IMG/VR virus record: IMGVR_UViG_3300030392_000176
Location: 1 to 26,160 of that record
DNA length: 26,160 nt
Reading direction: 5' to 3' (one strand)
Source of the DNA: a virus
Lineage: Duplodnaviria > Caudoviricetes
In this document: in pieces, positions 1 to 9,719 of the stretch
How positions within the stretch are numbered: position 1 is the stretch's first letter
How the letters are laid out: every line of letters starts with the position of its first letter
Program-made: the position numbers and the translations under genes
Notes under the pieces: generated by a model
Seen by the model: the letters and a program-made list of their open reading frames with translations, nothing else
What the model was told of the DNA's origin: nothing
The model's database searches: none

Positions 1-1
1 T

Positions 2-865
2 AATACTTTCACAGCAGCAAGTGGAAGTGGTATTATTCAAACAGACGGTAAAATGTTTTTGGGCGATACAGCAGACGGTGGTCTGACACAGGGAATAACC
101 ATCAATCAAGGTGCAGCAGACGATAGTATTCTCAGCTTCAAAAGTTCTGATGTGGCAGTAGATGCTTCGGGCTTTGGCATTGAAGCGGACACATGGGGAA
201 AGATTTCAAAAATGTCTGGCACTGCTGGTGGAATGGCAGTGACCGGATTTTCTGAGGGCACAACAGGTTTTAGAATTATCTCGATGAGCATGACTCAACC
301 TGCCACGAGCCCCGGCACATCTGTTAGCACAGCGAATCTAATGCACCAATGTAACATCTACGAAAGTAGTGATTATGTGTTTGACGCAAATAGTCTGATC
401 TGGGGGCTGGTACGAACTAAAGCTGGGGGATCATCAAGATCGATAATGTTCATCGATGAGGACGGTGACATCCATCTGGATGGCACGTCGAATAACACTG
501 CTTTTGATGAAGAGGATGATGCGATGTTGTGCCGCTCTCTCGACCTAATGCGAGCACCAAAGAATATTATTCGTAGTGAATTTGATCAATGGACACAAGA
601 TCATAAAACTACTCTTGAAGATACGGGGATCATTTCAAAAATTGATCCAGACGACCCTGATCAGTGGGATGAGGATGGGAACCTCAGTGATCCGATGGTC
701 AACATCACTCAGCTTCAAAGACTTCATAACGGTGCTATTTGGCAACAGAGAGCGATGTTTGAAACTATGAAACAAGTAGCGGAAGAAATGTTACCGGGAT
801 TTGGTGCAAAACTTAATGAACGATTGGCAGAACAGAAACTTCCTGCTCTCCCTGTACCTGTATAA
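2..865 (+). CDS. Tail fibre / receptor-binding protein, C-terminal part (5'-partial)
   Basis: The frame is open from base 2 (NTFTAASGSGIIQTDGK-M...), so the gene starts upstream of the window. G/S/T-rich beta-type sequence is followed by a helical C-terminal region (NITQLQRLHNGAIWQ) resembling a fibre intramolecular-chaperone domain. A small fibre-associated gene follows. Confidence 0.7.
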   Translation, partial: NTFTAASGSGIIQTDGKMFLGDTADGGLTQGITINQGAADDSILSFKSSDVAVDASGFGIEADTWGKISKMSGTAGGMAVTGFSEGTTGFRIISMSMTQPATSPGTSVSTANLMHQCNIYESSDYVFDANSLIWGLVRTKAGGSSRSIMFIDEDGDIHLDGTSNNTAFDEEDDAMLCRSLDLMRAPKNIIRSEFDQWTQDHKTTLEDTGIISKIDPDDPDQWDEDGNLSDPMVNITQLQRLHNGAIWQQRAMFETMKQVAEEMLPGFGAKLNERLAEQKLPALPVPV

Positions 866-880
866 AGAAAGGATTAAACT

Positions 881-1183
881 ATGGCACTACAAGTAAATAT
901 TCCACTACAGGGTGGTATTACACATAACAATGGATATGTTCGTGTAACTGATGCCCGTGTATGTAGAAAGGATAATGCAGATTGGTTTCTCATGGTAGAT
1001 GTATCTGTATATAAAGATGCAGATGAACGAGCTAAAGCTATTCCAGAAACTATTCCCTGTCCTGCTATGGATAAGTTTAAGTACGATTATTCAGTTGGAG
1101 ATGAATCAGATAGTAATCTAGTTGCTCTCTCTTATGTTAAGCTAAAGACTAATAGTGTTTTTGATGGGGCTTCTGACGTATAA
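881..1183 (+). CDS. Small tail-fibre-associated protein (putative assembly chaperone)
   Basis: 100 aa with an AAGGA RBS. The pattern MALQ...GIT..NGYVRV...YVKLKT...FDGASDV is typical of small proteins encoded right after phage fibre genes. Confidence 0.55.
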   Translation: MALQVNIPLQGGITHNNGYVRVTDARVCRKDNADWFLMVDVSVYKDADERAKAIPETIPCPAMDKFKYDYSVGDESDSNLVALSYVKLKTNSVFDGASDV

Positions 1184-1199
1184 ATAAAGGTGGAATAGA

Positions 1200-3170
1200 A
1201 TGGCAGACAAAAATAAAACTCCTGCTTATGTAGATAAAGCAATTAAATGGCTGGAGAGCAGATCTCCTGAAGGAGAACGATTAGCTTTTATTAATGCTAA
1301 AGAAGAACAACTTCTTACAGATGCAGGAGGAAGTGGTGAAGATGCTGTAGGTGGTATCCCTAGTTATCAGGTTCCTACTCATATTCAAGAGCGTCAAGCA
1401 GAAGAACAACGTCGTCGAGCATTAGCAGACGCAGCGGGTCCACCACCTCCAGGTGCACCTAGAATATTACCTTTCCCAAACGTGCCTGGAACACAACCTC
1501 CTCTACCAGACGTTACAAAGACTTTCACGCCACCACCTCCAGGTTCGCCATCTGGAATGCAAATACAAGGTTGGGCTTATAATCCAGATGGAAGTGTTGC
1601 TTTTGGTACACCACCTCCAGGTACACAACCTCCTGCTCCTCCTCCTGCTGCTCCTGCTCCTTTTGTGTCTGAATCGAGATTCATCAGTGGTCGAGAGATG
1701 CATACACTTCCTGGAGGTGGTCTTGGTGAAGGCCCACCCCCTGTTCCTACAGAAGATGAGATTTTTCTTAGACAGTTAAGACAAGCAGCACAACAAGCAC
1801 AACAACAACAAGGTGCTACTCCTTCTCCCTTCACTGGAGGTGCTGGTGCTTTAAGTGGTGCAGAAGCATTAGGTGTTTTTCCTTCTCCTGTTCCTACAAG
1901 ACCTACTACACCTCCACTAGAAGTTCCTACTCTAACTGCTGGAACTCCAGAATTAATACAGCAAGAGGGTCTTCAAGTAGGAGAACAACCTGATATTCTT
2001 CCAACAGCATTAGTTCCTGAAACAGGAGTAGCACAGCTTAGTCCTACAAGAGTACCTGCTACTGTAACAGAAGCAGCTAGGGTAGCAGATACGGGAGAGG
2101 CTGTTGCTGCTACACAAGTTGCACCTACTCAAGTTATTGGAGATATTCAAGAAGCTATTCCAACAGAAGAATTAGCTCAAGCAGCTACAGCAGACTTAGA
2201 TGAGAGAGCTACAGTAGAATTTCAGTTAGAAAGAGTGACATCTGCAATTAGAGATGGAGAACCTCTACCTCCTTGGGCTGCACCTGCTGCTAGAAATGTT
2301 GATTCTGTTATGCTCCAGAGAGGTTTAGGAGCTTCTTCTATGGCTGCATCAGCTAGAACACAAGCTCTTATTGAAGCTGGTTTACCAATAGCTAGTGCTG
2401 ATGCAGAAGCATATGGTAGAATACAATTACAAAATCTTAATAATAGACAGACAACAGCATTACAAAATGCTAGTACTCTTGCAGCAATGAGAACACAAAA
2501 TCTTAATGCACGAATGACTGCTGCTGTTAATAATGCTAGTAATTTTCTAGCCATAGATACAGCTAATCTAACAAATGAACAAGCATCTAATACTCTTACT
2601 TATAATGCTTTTACACAAGGTTTGTTTACTGATCAGGCAGCAGAGAATGCAGCAAGACAATTTAATGCTACTACAGAAAATCAAGTAGAGCAATTCTTTA
2701 CTACTTTAGAAACTTCAGTAGAAGAAGCAAATGCAAATAGACTTACAGCAGTGAGACAGTTTAATGCTGGTGAAGTAAATGCTCATGAACAATTCTATGA
2801 AAATCAAAGATTAGCTAGAGAAACTTTTAATTCTAATATGGAAGCATCTGTTAGAGCAGCTAATGCTACTTGGCAAAGGTCAGTTTCTACAATTAATAAT
2901 GCTAATCAATTAATGGCTAATACCTTTGCTTCTCAGACTGCTCTAGGTCTTAGTGAACGAGAATATCAATTCTTATGGCAAAGACATAGAGATGATGCTC
3001 ATTATATATATTCAAGTACTGAAGCTGGACTTGATAGAGAATCACAAACGGCTGCTCTTGCACAACAAGCCTCTATTGCTAGAGGAAATCAAAATGCTTC
3101 AAGGTCAAGTTCTGTATTTAATGCATTAGGAACAGTAGTTGGTGCTTTTCTACAATCTGAGTTACAATAG
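1200..3170 (+). CDS. Putative internal virion / DNA ejection protein
   Basis: 656 aa. It has an N-terminal AFINxxExxLLxxxGGSG...GIPSY motif, a Pro-rich linker, a PPWAA...RGLGASSMA...LPIAxADA block and a long A/N/Q-rich helical region. This resembles SIO1-like podovirus virion proteins as I recall them. Confidence 0.6.
   Translation: MADKNKTPAYVDKAIKWLESRSPEGERLAFINAKEEQLLTDAGGSGEDAVGGIPSYQVPTHIQERQAEEQRRRALADAAGPPPPGAPRILPFPNVPGTQPPLPDVTKTFTPPPPGSPSGMQIQGWAYNPDGSVAFGTPPPGTQPPAPPPAAPAPFVSESRFISGREMHTLPGGGLGEGPPPVPTEDEIFLRQLRQAAQQAQQQQGATPSPFTGGAGALSGAEALGVFPSPVPTRPTTPPLEVPTLTAGTPELIQQEGLQVGEQPDILPTALVPETGVAQLSPTRVPATVTEAARVADTGEAVAATQVAPTQVIGDIQEAIPTEELAQAATADLDERATVEFQLERVTSAIRDGEPLPPWAAPAARNVDSVMLQRGLGASSMAASARTQALIEAGLPIASADAEAYGRIQLQNLNNRQTTALQNASTLAAMRTQNLNARMTAAVNNASNFLAIDTANLTNEQASNTLTYNAFTQGLFTDQAAENAARQFNATTENQVEQFFTTLETSVEEANANRLTAVRQFNAGEVNAHEQFYENQRLARETFNSNMEASVRAANATWQRSVSTINNANQLMANTFASQTALGLSEREYQFLWQRHRDDAHYIYSSTEAGLDRESQTAALAQQASIARGNQNASRSSSVFNALGTVVGAFLQSELQ
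1441..1622 (+). repeat. Three copies of the 14-mer CACCACCTCCAGGT (PPPG) within a Pro-rich linker
   Basis: Exact copies at 1441-1454, 1531-1544 and 1609-1622. Confidence 0.85.
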
Positions 3171-3208
3171 TAAACTATTCTGGATTAGTTTAAGAGAGGT
3201 TATATAAT

Positions 3209-4033
3209 ATGGTAGAACAAGTACCAGCTATTCTTGAAGAACAAGATATGAGTTTCCTTGAAATGCAAGGAGAGGAACCGTCTATTCCTGTAGAGGAAAG
3301 TGAAGAGGATACAGTACAAGGACAAGGTATGCAACAGTTAAATGAAGTTATGTTGCATGTTATTTCTAGATATGAAGGTGGCATAGAAGAAATTATTAGT
3401 CTTGTAGAAAAGGATAAAGAAGATATTAAATCTTTTAAGGATTCAAATAAGAATTATGATGGTATGCTTGATGATTTGGATCTACCAGAAGGAGATGATA
3501 GTAATGTAGCTTCTTTTGTAGCTTCTAGTGTTCCAGGAGAAAGCCTCACAGGAGATTTACAAGATAACAAAAAAGGAACATTAGGAAAATATCCTTGGGA
3601 GACTCCTCCAGAAATGGATTCTATAACTAAAGCTTTTGATTTTATTATTAAACAAAAAGATACTTCTTCCAATAAAACTAATATGATTAAATTGATGTAT
3701 GCTGGTGTTCCTGCGGAAGCTATAGCTAGAACAATTACTTTTAGAGGATTTTTAGAAGGACTATGGACACCTGATATAGAAGAGCTATTAGTTATTCCTG
3801 TTATCTTTGAGTTAGTAGCTGATGCACGGGATGATGGAGTTAATGCAAAAATTTTTAATGACTTTTCAGATGATGAAATTAGTGAGGACACTGTTTTAAG
3901 TGTTATGGAAAATTTAAATCCAGAAGAATTTCAAAATCTTAAAAGTGAGGCTGATTTTAGGAGTCGAATGCCTGTTATGACAGAACCAGAAGAGCCTATT
4001 ATGGGCAGTTTTTTAGATATGGAAGGTGAATAA
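3209..4033 (+). CDS. Conserved acidic phage protein, probably virion-associated
   Basis: 274 aa with a GAGAGG RBS. PGESLT...YPWETPPE and GLWTPD motifs recall conserved proteins in the structural arm of SIO1-like podoviruses. Confidence 0.55.
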   Translation: MVEQVPAILEEQDMSFLEMQGEEPSIPVEESEEDTVQGQGMQQLNEVMLHVISRYEGGIEEIISLVEKDKEDIKSFKDSNKNYDGMLDDLDLPEGDDSNVASFVASSVPGESLTGDLQDNKKGTLGKYPWETPPEMDSITKAFDFIIKQKDTSSNKTNMIKLMYAGVPAEAIARTITFRGFLEGLWTPDIEELLVIPVIFELVADARDDGVNAKIFNDFSDDEISEDTVLSVMENLNPEEFQNLKSEADFRSRMPVMTEPEEPIMGSFLDMEGE

Positions 4034-4034
4034 G

Positions 4035-5222
4035 ATGGTTAGTGCTGCATTTGCAGGTTTTGCTGAAGGACTTAGTGGTTCTTTAGCTACACATATCCAA
4101 GAGCGAGGTGTAATAAATAAGGAAAAAGAAAAGTATTCAGATATACTTATCAATTCAATAACTCTCCCAGAAGATACAACTCCCGAAAGAAAAGTTGAGT
4201 ATCACAAACTCTTAATGCAGCAACATCCTGAATTGTTAAAGGCTTTTGTTGGTAGACAACTTGTAAATGGTGATCAGTTTAACATAACAGAGGGACCATA
4301 TCAACAAGGAACAGGGTATAGGTTAGGATCAAATAGCACACTCAATCTTATTAAAGCTACTACTTCAAGAGTAGAAACAGAAGATCAACGTACTAGAAGG
4401 ATTTTAGCTGACTTTAATATACAAATTGATACTCTTCTAAGTAATAATCAGACTATGAAGGATCAGGATGCTATAAGACAAGTATTTAATGCTATGCCTC
4501 AAAATCATAGAAATACTATAATTAAGACTGGTATACATAATGATGAATATGAAGCTAGAAAGGCTGTTGCTGCTAATAGAAGGTTTTTGGTTAAGCAACA
4601 AATTGGGACGGAGAAAAAAGTATATCCTGAACTTTCTAACGAGGGTAAGACATATTTAAAGGAGCATTATGACAGAGAACTATTGCCAAGAAATCCTCAG
4701 ACAAATGCACAGTATAATCCTAACGCTGATACGATTCATTATAAATTAATTGAATATTTATTGTATCATGATAAAGATCCTGATTCAGTTCCTAACCGTT
4801 TTATATCCTATATAGGGAATATTTCTAGAGATAATGTGTCTCCTGCTTTACTAAAACATTTAGAAGAAATTAATGCTGAAGTAGAATCAGCAGGACAAGA
4901 TAAACAAGAAGCATTTGATGCTTCACAGATACCAACTCGTACAGATCCTGACATAAGGGATGATCAAGCAATTCCCTCAAATATAGCTGAAGGAATATCA
5001 AACTATTTAGTTAAGGTAGAGCAGACAGGTTATGATAATTTAGTACCAAAAATAGTTAATGATATAAATAGTGTTAGTTCTGACATAACTCATGATAAAT
5101 ACATAGCTGGAGTAGCAATAGATATGCTGAGACAAGCTAATATTGAACCAAGTAGTAACAAGTATAATGTATATTATAATATGATCGTAAATCAACTTTT
5201 AAGAGCATACGAGAGTAGATAA
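4035..5222 (+). CDS. Putative internal virion protein
   Basis: ATG 4035 is preferred over GTG 4026 because GGAAGGTG lies upstream. It has a Gly/Ala-rich N-terminus (AAFAGFAEGLSGSLA), is helical, and is coupled by TAATG to the large virion gene. Confidence 0.5.
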   Translation: MVSAAFAGFAEGLSGSLATHIQERGVINKEKEKYSDILINSITLPEDTTPERKVEYHKLLMQQHPELLKAFVGRQLVNGDQFNITEGPYQQGTGYRLGSNSTLNLIKATTSRVETEDQRTRRILADFNIQIDTLLSNNQTMKDQDAIRQVFNAMPQNHRNTIIKTGIHNDEYEARKAVAANRRFLVKQQIGTEKKVYPELSNEGKTYLKEHYDRELLPRNPQTNAQYNPNADTIHYKLIEYLLYHDKDPDSVPNRFISYIGNISRDNVSPALLKHLEEINAEVESAGQDKQEAFDASQIPTRTDPDIRDDQAIPSNIAEGISNYLVKVEQTGYDNLVPKIVNDINSVSSDITHDKYIAGVAIDMLRQANIEPSSNKYNVYYNMIVNQLLRAYESR

Positions 5223-8200
5223 TGGTATTAACTGATGAATTAAATTCTATAGGATTTTCTCCTAAACCACCTATAGGAGAACAAGTAACTTCTCTAAGGA
5301 GAAATAGTATTGTTCTTCCCACACCAGAAGAAATTTTACAACAACATAGAGCAACAGAAGAAACTCCATTTACTAATTTAAAAACTATCCAACAAGAGGC
5401 ATCTGAATGGACTCAAGGAGATGCTGTGGCTTGGGCAACATGGATGGGTACATTAGATACTGTCAGAGGAGTTAAACAGCTTGTAGGATGGAGTGCTCAA
5501 GAAGAAGCAGATCAAAGACTTCTCAATGAACTTATGGAACATCCTGAATGGGGTGGTTCTGTTAAAGCTGCTTGGATGATAGGTATGGTTGCTGATCCTG
5601 TAGGATTTATTGTTCCTTTTGCCAAGGTGAGAACTTTAGGAAAGATGGCAGTAGTAGGGGCTGCATGGGGTGGTGGTGCTGGTTATTTAGGATACGTTGA
5701 TGAAAATATTTCCGATAGGTGGTCACAAGCTATGTACGGGGCTGCAACAGTAGGTGTCCTTGCTCCTGCTATTAGCAAAGGTAGACAGTTTGTTGCTAAA
5801 AGAAAAGCTAAAGATTTAACATCAGATCCTGCTGCAACAATACGAGAGTTTACAGGTAGTGATCCAGAAACAATTACAGGTAAAGTTAAAAAATTCTTTG
5901 TAGAACCATACCAAACATCTGTCCGTAATTATTACGATTTTACTCATAAACATCTTTATCAACCTGTCTTTGATAATCCTATACCTTCTCTAGTAGGAGC
6001 AGGTACTGCATTTGCTACTTGGAATTTTGCTGATGATTTTATATCATCCACTGTTGACAGAAAAGAAGAGGAAGGTGATTTAGATACTGGATCTCTTTCA
6101 CAAGCTTTAATTGGTGTTGCAGGGATTCTAGCTGCTGGACTTTCTGGTAGAGGCGCTAAGTGGCTTATAGACGAGACAAAGTTGGGTGGGGAAATGGCTC
6201 ATCGGTTTGGTCGTGCCTTTATAGAAAGATATAATTTACCTACTGAATACACTAATATGATGGATAAAATATTTATGGATGTATCTTCACGGGAGCAGGA
6301 ATTTCTAAGAATAGCTGCTACATTAGGTAAACAACCTGCTTCTGTAAAACGTCTTGTTTATGAATTTTTGGATGGTAGAGCACGTATAGATCCTTGGTCA
6401 AAGAAATTAATAGATCCTGATACTGGTAACGAATCTATTGCTAAAGAAGTTCATGAGCTTGCTTTTGAAGCACGAGCATTAATTAAGGATCTAGGTCGTG
6501 ATATGGTTGATGCTGGTCTTATCACTGAAAAATCTTGGCAACGTAACTTAAATAAATATGTACATAGAACATACATTGCAAAAGAATTAAAAGCATATCC
6601 TGATGATATAGACGAGAAGCAACTTCTTGATGCCAGAGATATGTTAGGAGTTATCGGTACTACGTCAATGGCAAGAGGACATCCAGTACGTATTAAATTA
6701 CATACAAAAGGTCCAAATAAAGGTAAGCCAGAATCTCCAAATAAAGTAAAAAAGTTAGAAGCTGATGGATATAAGAAAGAAGCTACTATTAAACATCCTC
6801 ATACTAATCAACCTACTCATGTAGTAATGAGGAGACAATTAACTTTAAAAGAAAGAAAAAATATTGGTGAAGTAGAAGATGGAGCATTTGCTATTGCTGC
6901 TACAGGAAGACTTATGCTTAATGATTATGCTGTCTATAAAATATATGATGGCGTTAATATAAAATATGGGAAATCTCCTGATGAATGGGCTGCTTTATCA
7001 AAAGAAGATAGAGCCTTGTATTCACAAGTTCCAGAAGCTTTTATTCCTCATACAGGTAATAACTTACGAAAATTTGGTAATTTAACTGGTCAGTATATTC
7101 CTAAAGATATGCATAGTGATTTAAATATTCAAAGAATGTGGAAAGATTTCATGGTTCATGAGAATAAGCTTGTTGGTAGAGCAGCAAAAGCTTTTAATGC
7201 ATATCGTAAATGGAATAGACGATGGAAAAGATCAGTAACAATATGGAATCCTACTGTTCACGCTAATAATACTTTATCTAACTTTGTTCTTCTAGATTTA
7301 CATGATGTTCCTATAACTAACTTATTTAAGTATGGTACGAAGATATGGACAGAAAAAGGAAGGCAATCTTTAAATTTAGATTTTAAAGATCTAGGTCCAA
7401 TCTATGATGATCTAATCCGTCTTAATGTTTTCGATGCAGGTCTATTGAAGAGCGAACTAGGTATGAGTAGAAAAGAATTTTTAGAAACTTATGGAAAAGA
7501 ATTTCATAATTTAAAAATAGATGATGGGCATGTCTCATCCATTGAAGCTTCTGCAAATATTTCAGGTAAGGTTTGGGAGAAATTAAAAAAAGGAGTTAGT
7601 GGACTAGATAGAACTCAAGGTATATGGTATCAAAATGAAGATTCAATGTTCAGGGTTGCTCATTATGTTCAAAATTTAAATAAACGTATATCAGAAATTA
7701 AGACACAAGGACTACAAGTAGGAACTAAAGAATATAATACTGCACTTGAAGCAGCTAAAATTGCATCAGCTAAAGATGCAAAGAGAGCTTTTATTGATTA
7801 TAATATAACAGCCCCAGGAGTTCAAGCTTTAAGAGAAACTATGGTTCCTTTTATTGCATACACTTGGAGAGTAACTCCTATTCTTGCAGAGATTGCTACA
7901 AAGAAACCTCATAAGTTTATAAAATGGGCTGCTATAGGGTATGCTTTGAATTATGCAGGAAATGAACAATCAGGTAGAGATGAAGAGTATGAACGACATT
8001 TAATGGATAAAGACTTTTCTAGTCATATCTTTGGTATTCCTTTTCTTATGCCCTTTTCTTATATTAAAGCTCCTAACATGTTAAAAAGCTTAGAGAATAT
8101 TACAAATAAGAGACTTGATGCTGAATTTGATTTTGATATTAATGACCAGAGATCTCATTTCTGGAATGTTAGACGATGGATTCCAGGAGGAGATGTACTT

Positions 8201-8857
8201 GGTATGGCTAGTGTAGGAGACGGGTGGGTTCCTGGATTACCTGCTCCTCTTCAGCCTAATTTTGGTCTTTTAGGAGCACTTGCTACACCTATTCTTTTTA
8301 ACAGAGATCCTTTTACTCTAGAACAATTTGATAAAAAGTCAGATGAAAGAACTTCTTGGATTACACAGATGGGTGAAAGAAGAATAATTCCTGCCTTGTT
8401 AAGACTAATTCCTAACAATCCTTTATTTGGAACTTATGGAATAGATCAAATAAATATTCCTGGAACAGATGAATATATAAGAATGGAGGGATTTAATTCT
8501 TGGTCACATAAGAGAATTATGAAATCTTTACAACAGAGAAGAGGTGTAAATCCTTATGCTGAAGATATGCCTTTATGGATGGCAATTGTTCAGAGTGTAT
8601 CAGTTAAACTTTGGCCTTGGGACGAAGATATAGCAAGAAATGGATTTGATACAAAGATAACAAAACAAGTGGACGAAAGAATAAGTCAGATAAGTAAAAT
8701 TGAAAGAGATCTTGAATTAAAGTGGGGAGGTACACCTTTATATAACGAAAAACGTAAAGACGCTGAAAGAAGGATAAGATTAAGAAAACAAGAAATTGAT
8801 GAGATACTCTTAGAAGCACAAAGAGCAGCAACATTAAAACGAAGAAGTAAACAATAA
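5222..8857 (+). CDS. Large internal virion / ejectosome protein (T7 gp16-like position)
   Basis: 1211 aa. The N-third has Gly/Ala-rich hydrophobic segments. NPTVHANN, EDxxFR and FIDY...PFIAYTWR motifs are typical of large podovirus core proteins. Confidence 0.6.
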   Translation: MVLTDELNSIGFSPKPPIGEQVTSLRRNSIVLPTPEEILQQHRATEETPFTNLKTIQQEASEWTQGDAVAWATWMGTLDTVRGVKQLVGWSAQEEADQRLLNELMEHPEWGGSVKAAWMIGMVADPVGFIVPFAKVRTLGKMAVVGAAWGGGAGYLGYVDENISDRWSQAMYGAATVGVLAPAISKGRQFVAKRKAKDLTSDPAATIREFTGSDPETITGKVKKFFVEPYQTSVRNYYDFTHKHLYQPVFDNPIPSLVGAGTAFATWNFADDFISSTVDRKEEEGDLDTGSLSQALIGVAGILAAGLSGRGAKWLIDETKLGGEMAHRFGRAFIERYNLPTEYTNMMDKIFMDVSSREQEFLRIAATLGKQPASVKRLVYEFLDGRARIDPWSKKLIDPDTGNESIAKEVHELAFEARALIKDLGRDMVDAGLITEKSWQRNLNKYVHRTYIAKELKAYPDDIDEKQLLDARDMLGVIGTTSMARGHPVRIKLHTKGPNKGKPESPNKVKKLEADGYKKEATIKHPHTNQPTHVVMRRQLTLKERKNIGEVEDGAFAIAATGRLMLNDYAVYKIYDGVNIKYGKSPDEWAALSKEDRALYSQVPEAFIPHTGNNLRKFGNLTGQYIPKDMHSDLNIQRMWKDFMVHENKLVGRAAKAFNAYRKWNRRWKRSVTIWNPTVHANNTLSNFVLLDLHDVPITNLFKYGTKIWTEKGRQSLNLDFKDLGPIYDDLIRLNVFDAGLLKSELGMSRKEFLETYGKEFHNLKIDDGHVSSIEASANISGKVWEKLKKGVSGLDRTQGIWYQNEDSMFRVAHYVQNLNKRISEIKTQGLQVGTKEYNTALEAAKIASAKDAKRAFIDYNITAPGVQALRETMVPFIAYTWRVTPILAEIATKKPHKFIKWAAIGYALNYAGNEQSGRDEEYERHLMDKDFSSHIFGIPFLMPFSYIKAPNMLKSLENITNKRLDAEFDFDINDQRSHFWNVRRWIPGGDVLGMASVGDGWVPGLPAPLQPNFGLLGALATPILFNRDPFTLEQFDKKSDERTSWITQMGERRIIPALLRLIPNNPLFGTYGIDQINIPGTDEYIRMEGFNSWSHKRIMKSLQQRRGVNPYAEDMPLWMAIVQSVSVKLWPWDEDIARNGFDTKITKQVDERISQISKIERDLELKWGGTPLYNEKRKDAERRIRLRKQEIDEILLEAQRAATLKRRSKQ

Positions 8858-9096
8858 TGGATGATAAAGATAACATAGTACAAAAAGATTTTTATCTTAT
8901 CTTAGGTAGACTAGAAGGAAAGCTTGATTCTGTTATGACTATCACAGAAAAACAATGGTCATCTATAGAACACCATGATACACGACTGGTAAAATTAGAA
9001 CGAGATAGATCAATGGTCTATGGGGCTGCTGCTGTTCTAGGTATAATCGGTTCTGTTGTTATCTGGATCATATCAAAATTTATAGGGAGTAATTAA
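8857..9096 (+). CDS. Small coiled-coil protein with C-terminal TM helix (XhlA/holin-like)
   Basis: 79 aa. LGRLEGKLD...RLVKLE coiled coil followed by the hydrophobic stretch MVYGAAAVLGIIGSVVIWII. Confidence 0.55.
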   Translation: MDDKDNIVQKDFYLILGRLEGKLDSVMTITEKQWSSIEHHDTRLVKLERDRSMVYGAAAVLGIIGSVVIWIISKFIGSN

Positions 9097-9495
9097 ATGG
9101 CAACTAGAAAAATGACTTATCTTGATCCATCTCCTAAATATATGGGGACAAGAATACCTAGTGCTGCAAGTACAATGAGTACTCGTCAACTTATAGGTTC
9201 TCCTGGTACGCAACTTACTCCAGAGCCAAATTATCTTTCTGAATCAGCACAAAGAGTTCGTATTCCAACTCCTTTTTTACCTTCTAGTATACCACAGTTA
9301 CAAGATTTACCTACTCGTAGCATACAAGGTCTTCGTATGATTGATACTAGTGCAGGTGAAGGTGCTTTTAAAATTTCTCAAGCTGGTCTTACTGGTTTTA
9401 AAGCTATAGGAGAAGCAATAGGGAAGAGATTTTTCCCAACTAGCCTAGCACTGGCTAAATCTAGTCAAGATAAAACTAATCAACCTTCTGGCTAA
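9097..9495 (+). CDS. Hypothetical protein (Pro/Ser/Thr-rich)
   Basis: 132-aa ORF with GGGAG upstream that fills the operon exactly. Confidence 0.6.
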   Translation: MATRKMTYLDPSPKYMGTRIPSAASTMSTRQLIGSPGTQLTPEPNYLSESAQRVRIPTPFLPSSIPQLQDLPTRSIQGLRMIDTSAGEGAFKISQAGLTGFKAIGEAIGKRFFPTSLALAKSSQDKTNQPSG

Positions 9496-9717
9496 ATGAA
9501 TAAAGAAAGTAATATACTTTTTCTTTCTGATATCATCAAACAAAGAACTAGAAAGCAAGATGAGTTAGAATATTACGAACAAGAATTAAAAAATCTACAG
9601 AATAAAATGATATTCTTGAGAGAAGAAATAAAATTGACAAATCTTATTATACATGTTGTTACAAATGAAAAAGTAATAGACATTCATAAATATATAGAAA
9701 GTAAAATAGAGGATTAG
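9496..9717 (+). CDS. Hypothetical coiled-coil protein
   Basis: 73 aa with a heptad pattern (ELEYYEQELKNLQNKMIFLREEIKL). Confidence 0.6.
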   Translation: MNKESNILFLSDIIKQRTRKQDELEYYEQELKNLQNKMIFLREEIKLTNLIIHVVTNEKVIDIHKYIESKIED

Positions 9718-9719
9718 TA

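Noticed and set aside
2-865. Tail fibre as a diversity-generating retroelement target
   Set aside because: No reverse transcriptase or template repeat was seen in the window.
3171-3192. Inverted repeat TAAACTA-N8-TAGTTTA between two virion genes
   Set aside because: A 7-bp AT-rich stem without a U-tract is too weak to call a terminator.
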